A stretch of 60,701 nucleotides of DNA, taken from the NCBI GenBank assembly GCA_024278765.1, contig JAJRSM010000007.1, forward strand, positions 1 to 60,701. Reading direction: 5' to 3'. Shown in pieces: positions 8,996-18,275 of the stretch (within the stretch, counting starts at the first letter, position 1; each line of letters begins with the position of its first letter). The DNA comes from Deltaproteobacteria bacterium. Lineage in GTDB: Bacteria; Desulfobacterota; GWC2-55-46; DRQE01. The notes beneath the pieces were generated by a model. That model ran no database searches and was not told the DNA's origin. It was given only the letters and a program-made list of their open reading frames with translations. Position numbers and translations under genes: made by a program.

Positions 8996-9877
8996 TCAAG
9001 AGCTCACCTCTATTGTAGGCCTGCCGGATCTACCTAAAAGCTCCTCAATAGCCCCTTTGATCGCTGCGATATCAACGCCCGTATTCATGCAATAGCCATG
9101 CGGCCTTTTATTGATAACAGCCAGAACAGGCAGTGGGTACGCATCCTGCACCCCGCTTGTAAGGTCTCGCTCACAGGCAACAGCAACTACTGCGTCAGGA
9201 CGAAACTCCTTAAGTTTACGACGAGCAATCGTGCCGCCTGTTAAAACAAATAATTTTATACCGTATTCATTGGAAAGCGTCAAGAGCTCGGCTATCTCAC
9301 AACGGCCACACCTAACGCAGTTTGCAACGTCCTTTGTGACCTTTACCTTGCAGTCCTCCCACTGGATACAATGCGGCATCAAGATAATTATCTTCTCAGG
9401 ATTAAAACGCCGCCCGCCTGCGACCATCGAGCGGACCATACGGTTATTTATCTCTACAAAGGCACGCTCTATCTTGATCCTCGGTATCTTGAATAGGCCG
9501 CCAAAGAGAACCATCGCGGGAAGAAATAACTTAACCAGAAATCCCCTGTATCTGGACGACGGCGTAACGCTGCGCCCACCTATAAGAGAGAGTGCTATCC
9601 CTATCGCACCCCAGAAGACAATACCGCAGACGACGATAATAATAGCCGCCAGCACATACGGAAGTACGGGATGGATATTACCGAGCCCGACCGTCGGTAC
9701 GTACCAGAAAAAGAAACCCACAACAAGCAAGCCAACGGCGCAGAGCCCGAGAAGAAGCAGGAAGACCCCCTTCTCAAACTTATACTCTACGCTTCCCGTC
9801 ACCTCTGGTGCGTCACCACCTGCCTCAGGCAGGCCCGGACCTGTCTGAGACGAAGCATCTTCACGCCCTTTATCCAA
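8996..9877 (-). CDS. DUF116-family Cys-rich membrane protein
   Basis: N-terminal TM helices, PHC, CVRCGRC, TGGT, AVACERDL; typical position after fmt. Confidence 0.8.
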   Translation of the reverse strand: MDKGREDASSQTGPGLPEAGGDAPEVTGSVEYKFEKGVFLLLLGLCAVGLLVVGFFFWYVPTVGLGNIHPVLPYVLAAIIIVVCGIVFWGAIGIALSLIGGRSVTPSSRYRGFLVKLFLPAMVLFGGLFKIPRIKIERAFVEINNRMVRSMVAGGRRFNPEKIIILMPHCIQWEDCKVKVTKDVANCVRCGRCEIAELLTLSNEYGIKLFVLTGGTIARRKLKEFRPDAVVAVACERDLTSGVQDAYPLPVLAVINKRPHGYCMNTGVDIAAIKGAIEELLGRSGRPTIEVSS

Positions 9878-10823
9878 GCCTCTCTCCCCCTGCCAACTTA
9901 TAACCCATCAAAAATTCCTTTGCGGTCATACGCCTCTTACCCTCAAGCTGAAGCTCTTCGATTATATACTCGCCGCCTAAGCAACCAACCGATATTTCAT
10001 TGCTACTAATATTCGTTATTACGCCGAGGCCTGAATCTACTCCTGCTTCCATTGCCACGCGCCCCTTGTGAATCTTCAATGTTTTACCATTGATTGTCGT
10101 ATATGCTCCAGGCCACGGACTGAGCCCTCGCAGCCGGTTATTAATCTCAGTAGGAGTCAAGGTCCAATCGATCAGACCATCGGCCTTTTTAAGCATCGGG
10201 GCGTAACTGGCCTTTGCACTATCCTGCGCAGTAGCCTTTAGATCGCCTTTTAGAAGTCGCCTTAAGGTCTCTACCAGAAGCGGCGCACCGTCACTTGCCA
10301 TACGCTCGCTCAGCTCTCCTGCCGTCTCGCCCGTGCCTATCTCCAGAGTGCTCGTAAGCAGCATATCGCCGGTATCCATACCCTCGTCCATAAACATAGT
10401 GGTCGTCCCTGTGACCTTATCGCCGTTTATTATCGCACGATTTATCGGCCCAGCCCCTCTATATGCCGGCAAAAGAGATGCATGCAGATTAATCGCACCG
10501 AGCCTTGGCACCTCCAAGACGGCCTTTGGCAGGATCTTACCGTAGGCAACGACAACAATAAAATCAGGTGCAAGTGACGTGATCTCCTCTAAAAATGCAT
10601 CACCTAGCCGCTCCGGTTCGATTACTTTAATACTGCTTTCCTGCGCTCGTACCTTAACAGGGGTCGGCGCGGCTTTGCGCCCGCGCCCCTTTGGCCGCTC
10701 CGGACGAGTCACAACCCCGACCAGATCAAAGCCCGCCTCTATAAGTGCCGCAAGGCTTGGCACAGCAAACTCTGGCGTACCCATAAAAAGCACCTTAATA
10801 CCCCGCACCTCAACACTACTCAA
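9870..10823 (-). CDS. fmt: Methionyl-tRNA formyltransferase
   Basis: FMGTPEFA, HASLLPAYRGAGPI, MDTGD. Confidence 0.97.
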   Translation of the reverse strand: MSSVEVRGIKVLFMGTPEFAVPSLAALIEAGFDLVGVVTRPERPKGRGRKAAPTPVKVRAQESSIKVIEPERLGDAFLEEITSLAPDFIVVVAYGKILPKAVLEVPRLGAINLHASLLPAYRGAGPINRAIINGDKVTGTTTMFMDEGMDTGDMLLTSTLEIGTGETAGELSERMASDGAPLLVETLRRLLKGDLKATAQDSAKASYAPMLKKADGLIDWTLTPTEINNRLRGLSPWPGAYTTINGKTLKIHKGRVAMEAGVDSGLGVITNISSNEISVGCLGGEYIIEELQLEGKRRMTAKEFLMGYKLAGGERLG

Positions 10824-10850
10824 GCTCGCTACTCTCGGCCTTTACCATCA

Positions 10851-11462
10851 CTAGTCTTCACCCTCACTGGCCATAAACCTCTTATACTTCCTGATCAAGA
10901 GACTTCGCTTAAGCCTGCTGACCCTATCTATAAAGACCACGCCATCGAGGTGATCTATCTCATGCTGCAATGCTATCGCAATAAGGCCCGCAGCCTTTAT
11001 TACGACAGGCAGACCATTTTCGTCAAGGGCCTTCAACTGGATACACGCATGCCTTCTAACATCTGCTACGATGCCGGGTAGGCTCAGACATCCTTCTTCA
11101 AAGACGACCTCACCATCAGCACTTATTATCTCCGGATTTACTAGCTTTAGCAAATACCGGGCATGTCCTGGCTGACCATCTTCGCCCTCATTAGCCAGCT
11201 CCTCAACGGCTCGCTCTGCCTTTATCTCTGATACACTCTTTATCTCTGCATCCGCTCCGACCTCTTTATCCGGAACATCTAAAACGATAACACGGCGAGC
11301 AACACCAATCTGAGTTGCGGCGAGGCCAAGGCCGGCCTCTTTATACATCGTCTCGATTAAATCTGCTATAAGTGCACGGACGTCGTCATCTACCTCGTCA
11401 ACAACAGCCGCCTTGACCTTAAGTGCCGGATCAGGATATTTCAAAACCTCTCTCAAAGCCAC
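10851..11462 (-). CDS. def: Peptide deformylase
   Basis: GLGLAATQIG, EGCLS, QHEIDHLDG. Confidence 0.97.
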   Translation of the reverse strand: MALREVLKYPDPALKVKAAVVDEVDDDVRALIADLIETMYKEAGLGLAATQIGVARRVIVLDVPDKEVGADAEIKSVSEIKAERAVEELANEGEDGQPGHARYLLKLVNPEIISADGEVVFEEGCLSLPGIVADVRRHACIQLKALDENGLPVVIKAAGLIAIALQHEIDHLDGVVFIDRVSRLKRSLLIRKYKRFMASEGED

Positions 11463-11533
11463 TGAAAATATCTCCTTAAATAAAAACTTAATATTATATT
11501 ATACCCTAAAGAGAGCTCTTTTAATAGCAGAAG

Positions 11534-13984
11534 CTAGACCGTCATTAACGGGTCTATATCGACCACAAGTCCTATACCCGACGGCGGCTTACCAAGGCCC
11601 GACAATAATAACCGCAGAAAGCGATTCATAAGCTTTGCATCCCCAGCCTTTACAAGCATCTGCAAGCGATACCGCCCCTTTATCCTCGCAATCAGCATAG
11701 GGGCCGGGCCAAGCACCATGACCTCGCCCCTTACCTGTTGCTCACTTGCCCGTGCTGCCCTCTGTAAAGTCTTAGAAAACCGCAGGACCGCAACCTCACT
11801 AGGGCCCTCTATCCGAATGGCAGTAAGCCTCTTCTTCGGCGGATAGCCAAGCTCGTCTCTAAGGGCTAGCTCGGCCTCGAAAAACCCCTCGTAGTCATGG
11901 CCGGCGGCACTCTTTAAGCAATCATTATGAGGGCTAAGGGTCTGAACAACAACACGGGCCGGTTTTTCTCCTCTACCGGCCCTACCAGAGGCCTGCGAGA
12001 TAAGCTGAAAGGTCCGCTCGGCACTTCTGAAATCCGGCATATTCAGAGACGTATCTGCTGATATCACACCAACTAGCGTTACTTCTGGGAAATGATGCCC
12101 CTTTGAGACCATCTGCGTACCGATCAAGACATCAATACGACCAGCCTCAACGTCACCGAGAATCCGCATAAGAGAGCCCTTACGACGCGTCGTGTCTCTA
12201 TCGAGTCGCGCTACGCGCGCCTCGGGAAAGAGCCTGCGCACCTCTTCTTCGACCTTTTCCGTACCAAGGCCCGGGCTTGCAAGCTCGCCGCTCTTGCAAG
12301 AAGGACAGGCCGCAGGCGTCGCCATCGTCATATCGCAGTAATGGCACTTAAGCAGGTTATCACCCTTATGGCGCGTCAGGCTAACCTCGCAGTTGGTGCA
12401 TCTGATGACCTCACCGCAGTCCCTACATATAAAAAAATTAGAAAACCCCCGTCTATTAAGAAAAAGAATTACCTGCTCTTTTTTGTCCAGAGCTTCCTGC
12501 ATTAAATGCTCCAGCCGCTCGGAGATGACATCCTTTATCCCTCTCATATCAAGCAACTCTATCTCCGGCAAAGTCCCGCCACCGACCCGCCCACTTAGGC
12601 GCAACGGCGTTATACGCCCTTCCCTTGCATTGGTAAAACTCTCAAGCGAAGGCGTTGCAGAACCCAGCACAACCGTAGCCCCCAAGATCTTACCGAGCAT
12701 CAAGGCAGCGTCCCGTGCATTATAGCGAGGACTCTCAGACTGCTTATACGACGGGTCATGCTCTTCGTCAACAATAATAACGCCGATATTTTTTAAAGGC
12801 GCAAACAAGGCCGAACGAGCTCCGATTACAATATCGGCCTGACCGGAACGAATCTTTTGCCACTGATCATATCGTTCGCCTTCAGACAAAGAGCTATGAA
12901 CAACAGCGACCCTACCCGGAAAGAGCCCCGTCAGATAAGAAAACAACGTACCTGTTAGGGCTATCTCAGGAACCAGGACCAGAGCGTGCCGCCCGCTCTT
13001 TACGACCTCTTCTATTACCTTAAGATATACAAGCGTCTTTCCGCTCCCTGTTATGCCGTACAAAAGATAAGGCGCAAAACCCTTGCCAAGCCCTGAAAAG
13101 ATCTTCTCTATTGCAACCGTCTGCTCCTGCGTCGGAACGAAATCAGAGGGACGCGCCGCTAGCCCTGCAAAGGGATCTCGCTCTACCGCGACCTCACCAA
13201 CCACGGCGACGCCTTTTTCTTTCAGGCCCTTTACCGCAGAATCTACCGAGCCGAAATTATCTCTTAACACCTTAAAAGTAGTCTTGCCGTGCTCAGCCAA
13301 AAACTCAGCGACCTTCATCTGGAGCGGAGACCTTTTTAAATCACCTAACGCAGTTTCAATATCAACGGCCAACTCAACCGTTCTCTCTGTCTTGGCCTTT
13401 GCTCCGCCCTTTATCTTTAGTTCTTCTTTTATCAGGCCGTCACGTTTGAGCCGCCCTACAAAGCCATAAAAACCCGCCTGTTTTATTTTTTTCTGAAGCG
13501 TGGCCACGGCCACGCCCGTGCCTACGGCGTTAAGCAGCGAAGCTGCCTTTCCTGCGTTGCCTTCAGCAAGCATCTGCTCGCCCTCTTTAGTCAGGCTCAG
13601 ATGCCTGCAACTCTTCAGGTTCAGCATCGGCGGATGGATCAGCGGGAAGACCTCGCCCGGAGCTGCCATATAATAAGTAGATATCCAACGGAGGAATTTA
13701 AGATGTTTTGCGTCAAAGAGCGGGGCGGTATCGAGAATATCCTGAATACGCTTTGTCTTTACCTCGGCATCCAGATTAGCTTCTTTTTTAAGGACCACGA
13801 CGTAGGCCGTAATAACACGGCCTGCGAAAGGGACCAAGACCCTTTGACCGACCTTTATATGAGGGCGCAGCTGCTCGGGCACCTCATAGGTGAAGAAGCC
13901 GTCGAGCGGCAAAGGTACTGCTAGATCAGCGTAGATAGTCAAAATAATATACTTTTTTATTGGTTTTTTTAGACTATGGGTCAA
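11534..13984 (-). CDS. priA: Primosomal protein N' (true start may be a few codons downstream)
   Basis: GITGSGKT, DEEHD, four CxxC motifs, GRAGR. Confidence 0.96.
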   Translation of the reverse strand: MTHSLKKPIKKYIILTIYADLAVPLPLDGFFTYEVPEQLRPHIKVGQRVLVPFAGRVITAYVVVLKKEANLDAEVKTKRIQDILDTAPLFDAKHLKFLRWISTYYMAAPGEVFPLIHPPMLNLKSCRHLSLTKEGEQMLAEGNAGKAASLLNAVGTGVAVATLQKKIKQAGFYGFVGRLKRDGLIKEELKIKGGAKAKTERTVELAVDIETALGDLKRSPLQMKVAEFLAEHGKTTFKVLRDNFGSVDSAVKGLKEKGVAVVGEVAVERDPFAGLAARPSDFVPTQEQTVAIEKIFSGLGKGFAPYLLYGITGSGKTLVYLKVIEEVVKSGRHALVLVPEIALTGTLFSYLTGLFPGRVAVVHSSLSEGERYDQWQKIRSGQADIVIGARSALFAPLKNIGVIIVDEEHDPSYKQSESPRYNARDAALMLGKILGATVVLGSATPSLESFTNAREGRITPLRLSGRVGGGTLPEIELLDMRGIKDVISERLEHLMQEALDKKEQVILFLNRRGFSNFFICRDCGEVIRCTNCEVSLTRHKGDNLLKCHYCDMTMATPAACPSCKSGELASPGLGTEKVEEEVRRLFPEARVARLDRDTTRRKGSLMRILGDVEAGRIDVLIGTQMVSKGHHFPEVTLVGVISADTSLNMPDFRSAERTFQLISQASGRAGRGEKPARVVVQTLSPHNDCLKSAAGHDYEGFFEAELALRDELGYPPKKRLTAIRIEGPSEVAVLRFSKTLQRAARASEQQVRGEVMVLGPAPMLIARIKGRYRLQMLVKAGDAKLMNRFLRLLLSGLGKPPSGIGLVVDIDPLMTV

Positions 13985-14005
13985 GGGTATCTAAAACAAG
14001 CAAGA

Positions 14006-15424
14006 CTACTCGACCCACTCGTCTTGGATATCACCGTAATCTACCTGGGTCTGGTCCTCAAACCTTGCATGCTCGTGCATAAAGGTCAGATGCACATCGC
14101 CGGTCGGGCCGTTACGCTGCTTCCTTACAAGTATCTCGGCCTTGCGCCTAACGCCGCAGGTACAGAGATCAGCCGGGCAATCGCAGGGCTTATATACCGA
14201 TTCCCTGTAGACGAACATAACTACGTCTGCATCTTGCTCGATAGCTCCGGACTCTCTCAGGTCAGACAAGACCGGTTTGCTATCCTCGCGCTGCTCGGTA
14301 CGCCGGGATAACTGCGACAGAGCTATGACCGGGATTTTAAGATCCTTTGCAAGGGCCTTTAAAGACCTTGATATCTCACTAATCTCTTGCTCGCGACTAT
14401 CGACACGCCCCTTGCCGCGCATAAGCTGCAAGTAATCTATAACTATAAGCTTTAGGCCAAGCTCATTTTTCCACCTGCGACACTTTGCACGCAACTCCAG
14501 AGAGCTCTGCGCCGGAGTGTCGTCTATATAGATCGGAGCTTCTGATAGAGTCCCGGCGGCTGTCGCGAGCCTTGACCAGTCCTCGTCATTTAAGCGGCCA
14601 TTGCGAAGCCTTTGCAGATCGACCTTTGCACGAGAAGCGAGCATCCTCTGGGTAAGCTGTTCTTTACTCATCTCTAGCGAGAAAAATGCCACCGGATCGC
14701 CTTGATCTATCGCTGCATTCTCGGCGATATTAAGGGCAAAGGCCGTCTTTCCCATACTCGGCCTTCCGGCAAGTATAATAAGGTCCGAGGGCTGCAAGCC
14801 CGAGGTTATCTTATCCAGATCCTTATACCCACTGGCAACACCAGTTATATGATTCTTATTAGCGTAGAGCTTTTCTACGGTCTCAAAGGTATCTTTAATT
14901 ATGTCTTTAAGGGCGTAATAAGATTTCTTCGCGCGATCCTGCGAGACACGAAAGATTATAGTCTCGGCCTCGTCGATAAAATCCTCGATAGAGTCGCCGC
15001 CCTCATAGCCGCGCGTCACAATCTGGGTAGCCGCTCCGATAAGCTCACGCAAAAGACAACGCTCTTTAACGATCCTTGCATAATAATTTATATTAGCTGC
15101 CGTAGGGGTAGCCTCGACAATAGACGCTATATACGATATACCGCCGACAGAGTCGAGCACATCAGAGTCGGAGAAAAGATCTGATAAGGTGATAATATCT
15201 ACAGGGGTATTACGCTCAAAGAGCGTCGCCATCCCCTTAAACAGGGCGGCATGTACAGGGCTATAAAAATCAGTCCCATCCGGGCGGAGGAGTTCAAGGA
15301 CCTTGTTTATGCCGTCTGTATCCAGAAGCACCCCGCCAAGGACTGCCTTCTCGGCCTCCAGATTATGAGGCAAGACCTTATAACGCTTGTCTTTCTCTTC
15401 CTGTAAACTTACCGCCATAACCAA
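14006..15424 (-). CDS. dnaB: Replicative DNA helicase
   Basis: GRPSMGKT, IDYLQLM, LSDLRESGAIEQDAD, KQRNGP. Confidence 0.97.
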   Translation of the reverse strand: MVMAVSLQEEKDKRYKVLPHNLEAEKAVLGGVLLDTDGINKVLELLRPDGTDFYSPVHAALFKGMATLFERNTPVDIITLSDLFSDSDVLDSVGGISYIASIVEATPTAANINYYARIVKERCLLRELIGAATQIVTRGYEGGDSIEDFIDEAETIIFRVSQDRAKKSYYALKDIIKDTFETVEKLYANKNHITGVASGYKDLDKITSGLQPSDLIILAGRPSMGKTAFALNIAENAAIDQGDPVAFFSLEMSKEQLTQRMLASRAKVDLQRLRNGRLNDEDWSRLATAAGTLSEAPIYIDDTPAQSSLELRAKCRRWKNELGLKLIVIDYLQLMRGKGRVDSREQEISEISRSLKALAKDLKIPVIALSQLSRRTEQREDSKPVLSDLRESGAIEQDADVVMFVYRESVYKPCDCPADLCTCGVRRKAEILVRKQRNGPTGDVHLTFMHEHARFEDQTQVDYGDIQDEWVE

Positions 15425-15535
15425 ACCCCGTAACTCTCAAATAAAAAAACCGTCTGAGACTCTTTACCTAAGCCATCCAAGATGGCCAGTAGCAGTCCCA
15501 GACGGTTCTGTTTTGTTCTATATTATTCTATAACT

Positions 15536-16108
15536 CTATGCTTTTTCTGTTGACTCAGCGGAAGCTGCCTCTGTTGCTGCAGCTTCATCAGTAGAAGCTG
15601 CACCTGCTTCCGGGGCTACATCTGCTTCTGGCTCAGCTACTTCCTCTACAGGGGCTTTCTTCGGTGCCTCGTCCTCGACAGAGACATTAAGCACTGCCTT
15701 AATTCCGGGATGAAGCTTAAAAGGAACCTTATAAGAACCAAGGGATTTGATAGGATCGCCAAGGACGATCTTCTTTCTATCTATCTCAAAGTTCTGTGCC
15801 TTGAGCTCGGCCTCTATATCCATAGATGTAACCGAACCAAAGAGCTTACCTTCCTCGCCGACCTTTCTCTTAAATACTAGCTGCAGGGCCTCAAGCGCGT
15901 CTTTCTGAGAATTAGCATCGCCTCTGAGCTTCTCGGCCTTCTTTTCCCAGCCCTCACGCTCGCTCTCAAACTGCTTTCTATTTCCCTTGGTAGCCACAAT
16001 GGCTATACCTCTGGGAATAAGATAGTTCCTTGCGTAACCAGGAGCGACATTTACTATCTCTCCTGTATTACCAAGCTTTTCCATATCGTTTTTAAGTATT
16101 ATCTGCAT
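15536..16108 (-). CDS. rplI: 50S ribosomal protein L9
   Basis: GYARNYLIP, KLFGSVT; acidic Ala/Glu tail. Confidence 0.97.
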   Translation of the reverse strand: MQIILKNDMEKLGNTGEIVNVAPGYARNYLIPRGIAIVATKGNRKQFESEREGWEKKAEKLRGDANSQKDALEALQLVFKRKVGEEGKLFGSVTSMDIEAELKAQNFEIDRKKIVLGDPIKSLGSYKVPFKLHPGIKAVLNVSVEDEAPKKAPVEEVAEPEADVAPEAGAASTDEAAATEAASAESTEKA

Positions 16109-16210
16109 CTCGTTAAAACTCCTTTAACCGTCACAGGCCAACTCTAATAAAGCTACAGACACGACCATTACAAAAGATCATAAAGTAACCCAGGTCGGAC
16201 AGGCGGATTA

Positions 16211-16549
16211 TCAGTCTAGTGATACTGTTGAAAAAGGTATTATAGCCAGTACGCGAGCACGCTTTACGGCGGTGCTGATTTGTCTCTGATGTTTGGCACA
16301 TGCCCCGCTTAACCTGCGAGGTACGATCTTGCCTCTCTCTGAGAGAAAAGGCCTTAAGGCCTTTGCGTCTTTATAATCTATAGAAAGCTTAGGCTCTGCA
16401 CAATAACGACAGACACGCCTTCTGCTAAAGTTTCTTCTTCCTGCAAAACGCCCTGCCGGTCTCTGTGGCCTACCGCCGGGTCCTGATGGCCTGCGTGCCG
16501 GTCCGCCTGACGGCGCACCTCCTGATGGTCTTCCGCTTCCGTTAGGCAT
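16211..16549 (-). CDS. rpsR: 30S ribosomal protein S18 (Zn-ligand CxxC...CxxH type)
   Basis: [24 protein letters not shown]; GGAGG RBS before MPNGSG at 16549. Confidence 0.93.
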   Translation of the reverse strand: MPNGSGRPSGGAPSGGPARRPSGPGGRPQRPAGRFAGRRNFSRRRVCRYCAEPKLSIDYKDAKALRPFLSERGKIVPRRLSGACAKHQRQISTAVKRARVLAIIPFSTVSLD

Positions 16550-16952
16550 TGTCGGCACCTCCCTCTGGCTTAGCAGCCTCTGCTGCTTCTGCTGGTTTAG
16601 CAGCCTCGGCTGGCTTAACAACCTCGGCCTCAACCGGTTTGACTGCTCTCTTCTTAAGTACAACTGTCTGAAAACGCATTACATTTTCGTTGTGCTTAAA
16701 CATAAGCTCCAACTCTTCTACGAGCGGGCCTGCACCGGCGGCCTCACCCCTGCTGAAACTAAGAACGACATAATGCCCGTCATTCCTCTTTGCGATTGGG
16801 TAAGCCAACCTGCGCCTTCCCCATTCATCTACTTCCACGTCCTCTGCGCCATGCTTACCAACCAGTTCCAGTGCCTTGGCTGTAATACCCTTAATAGCCT
16901 CTTCACCGATCTCTGGATTGATAATATAGACGGTCTCGAAATGTCTATCCAT
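16542..16952 (-). CDS. rpsF: 30S ribosomal protein S6
   Basis: [19 protein letters not shown]. Confidence 0.95.
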   Translation of the reverse strand: MDRHFETVYIINPEIGEEAIKGITAKALELVGKHGAEDVEVDEWGRRRLAYPIAKRNDGHYVVLSFSRGEAAGAGPLVEELELMFKHNENVMRFQTVVLKKRAVKPVEAEVVKPAEAAKPAEAAEAAKPEGGADNA

Positions 16953-17020
16953 CTTTTCTCCTTTTGGATCCCCGCTCTTTAATAGAGTCGGGTTCGCCCT
17001 TATCAGGCAAGGTTTTTTCT
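16953..17020 (-). promoter_or_regulatory. Putative S6:S18 autoregulatory leader
   Basis: Minus strand CCTTGC...AACCCGACTCT-ATTAA-AGAGCGGG next to the AAGGAG RBS of rpsF; position and layout fit, not model-tested. Confidence 0.45.
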
Positions 17021-17113
17021 ACTACATAGTACTTTTCAGCCCCTTGTAGAGCCAAAGAGTATTTATACTACAAAGAAAGTCCTAAATCAAGGACTTTCCT
17101 CTCTCTATCGTGG

Positions 17114-18202
17114 TCAAACATTAAAGCGGAAGTGCATTACATCGCCGTCACAGACGAGATAGTCCTTACCTTCTACCTTTAAGAGGCCTTTTTCCTTACA
17201 TCCGGCCTCGCCTTTATTGGCAACGAAGTCCGCACAGGCCATAACCTCTGCGCGAATAAAGCCCTTTTCAAAATCTGTGTGTATAACGCCTGCTGCCTGC
17301 GGGGCCTTTGCACCCTTTGGCACGGTCCACGCGCGTACTTCTTTCTCGCCTGCGGTAAAGAATGTTATCAAGCCGAGCGTATCATGGGCGCGTGCCGCGA
17401 GCAGGTCTAGCCCTGATTCTTCGATACCTAAGTCTTCCAGAAACTCCGCACGCTCATCGCCGGCCATCTCCGCAAGCTCCGACTCAATCTTACCGGATAG
17501 TGAGACAAAGCCTGCGCCTTCTTTATCTGCTATGGCCTTTACTTTAAGGGCCTCAGGGCAGAGCCCTCCGATATCGTCTTCGCTCATATTGGCTATATAT
17601 ATTATAGGCTTAGCTGTCAAAAGATTGAGGTCTGCGACCCCCTCCAGGACGCCTTCGGGAAGCGTCCTTACGGGCTGGCCGGCTTCTAGCTGCACCTTAA
17701 CCTTCTGGCAGGCATCCAGTGCCTTTACGCTATCTTTATCGCCGGATTTAACGAGCTTTGGGAGTTTAAGCAGGCGTTTCTCGACTGCGTCCAGGTCTGC
17801 GAGCATAAGCTCGGTACTTATCGTATCTATATCGCTATCAGGGTCTACTTTACCATCGACATGCACGACATCGGGATCTTCAAAACACCTGACGACATGA
17901 GCCAGCATATCGACTGCACGAATATGGCCGAGGAACTGATTGCCAAGGCCCTCGCCCTTGCTCGCACCCTTTACAAGCCCTGCTATATCCACAAACTCAA
18001 CGGTCGTTGGCATAATTCGCTCAGGACTTACTATCGCAGCGAGTGCATCCATGCGCTTATCACGCAGAGGTACCATCCCTACATTTGGCTCAATCGTACA
18101 GAAGGGGTAGTTCGATGCCGCTGCCCCTGCACTTGTCATAGCATTAAAGATCGTTGATTTACCGACGTTGGGTAGTCCTACTATTCCACAATTAAATCCC
18201 AT
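17114..18202 (-). CDS. ychF: Redox-regulated ATPase YchF
   Basis: GIVGLPNVGKST, NYPFCTIEPN, DIAGLV, GFIRAEV. Confidence 0.97.
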   Translation of the reverse strand: MGFNCGIVGLPNVGKSTIFNAMTSAGAAASNYPFCTIEPNVGMVPLRDKRMDALAAIVSPERIMPTTVEFVDIAGLVKGASKGEGLGNQFLGHIRAVDMLAHVVRCFEDPDVVHVDGKVDPDSDIDTISTELMLADLDAVEKRLLKLPKLVKSGDKDSVKALDACQKVKVQLEAGQPVRTLPEGVLEGVADLNLLTAKPIIYIANMSEDDIGGLCPEALKVKAIADKEGAGFVSLSGKIESELAEMAGDERAEFLEDLGIEESGLDLLAARAHDTLGLITFFTAGEKEVRAWTVPKGAKAPQAAGVIHTDFEKGFIRAEVMACADFVANKGEAGCKEKGLLKVEGKDYLVCDGDVMHFRFNV

Positions 18203-18275
18203 TTCCAGTTCACCTTTCAGGCCTTGTTTTTTATTTAAGAAGGCGGGCCTTTAAAACCCTCTTAAAAAGCTACAC

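Noticed and set aside
14006-15424. Intein in DnaB
   Set aside because: Protein is normal length; the Cys-rich insert is ~10 aa with no splicing motifs
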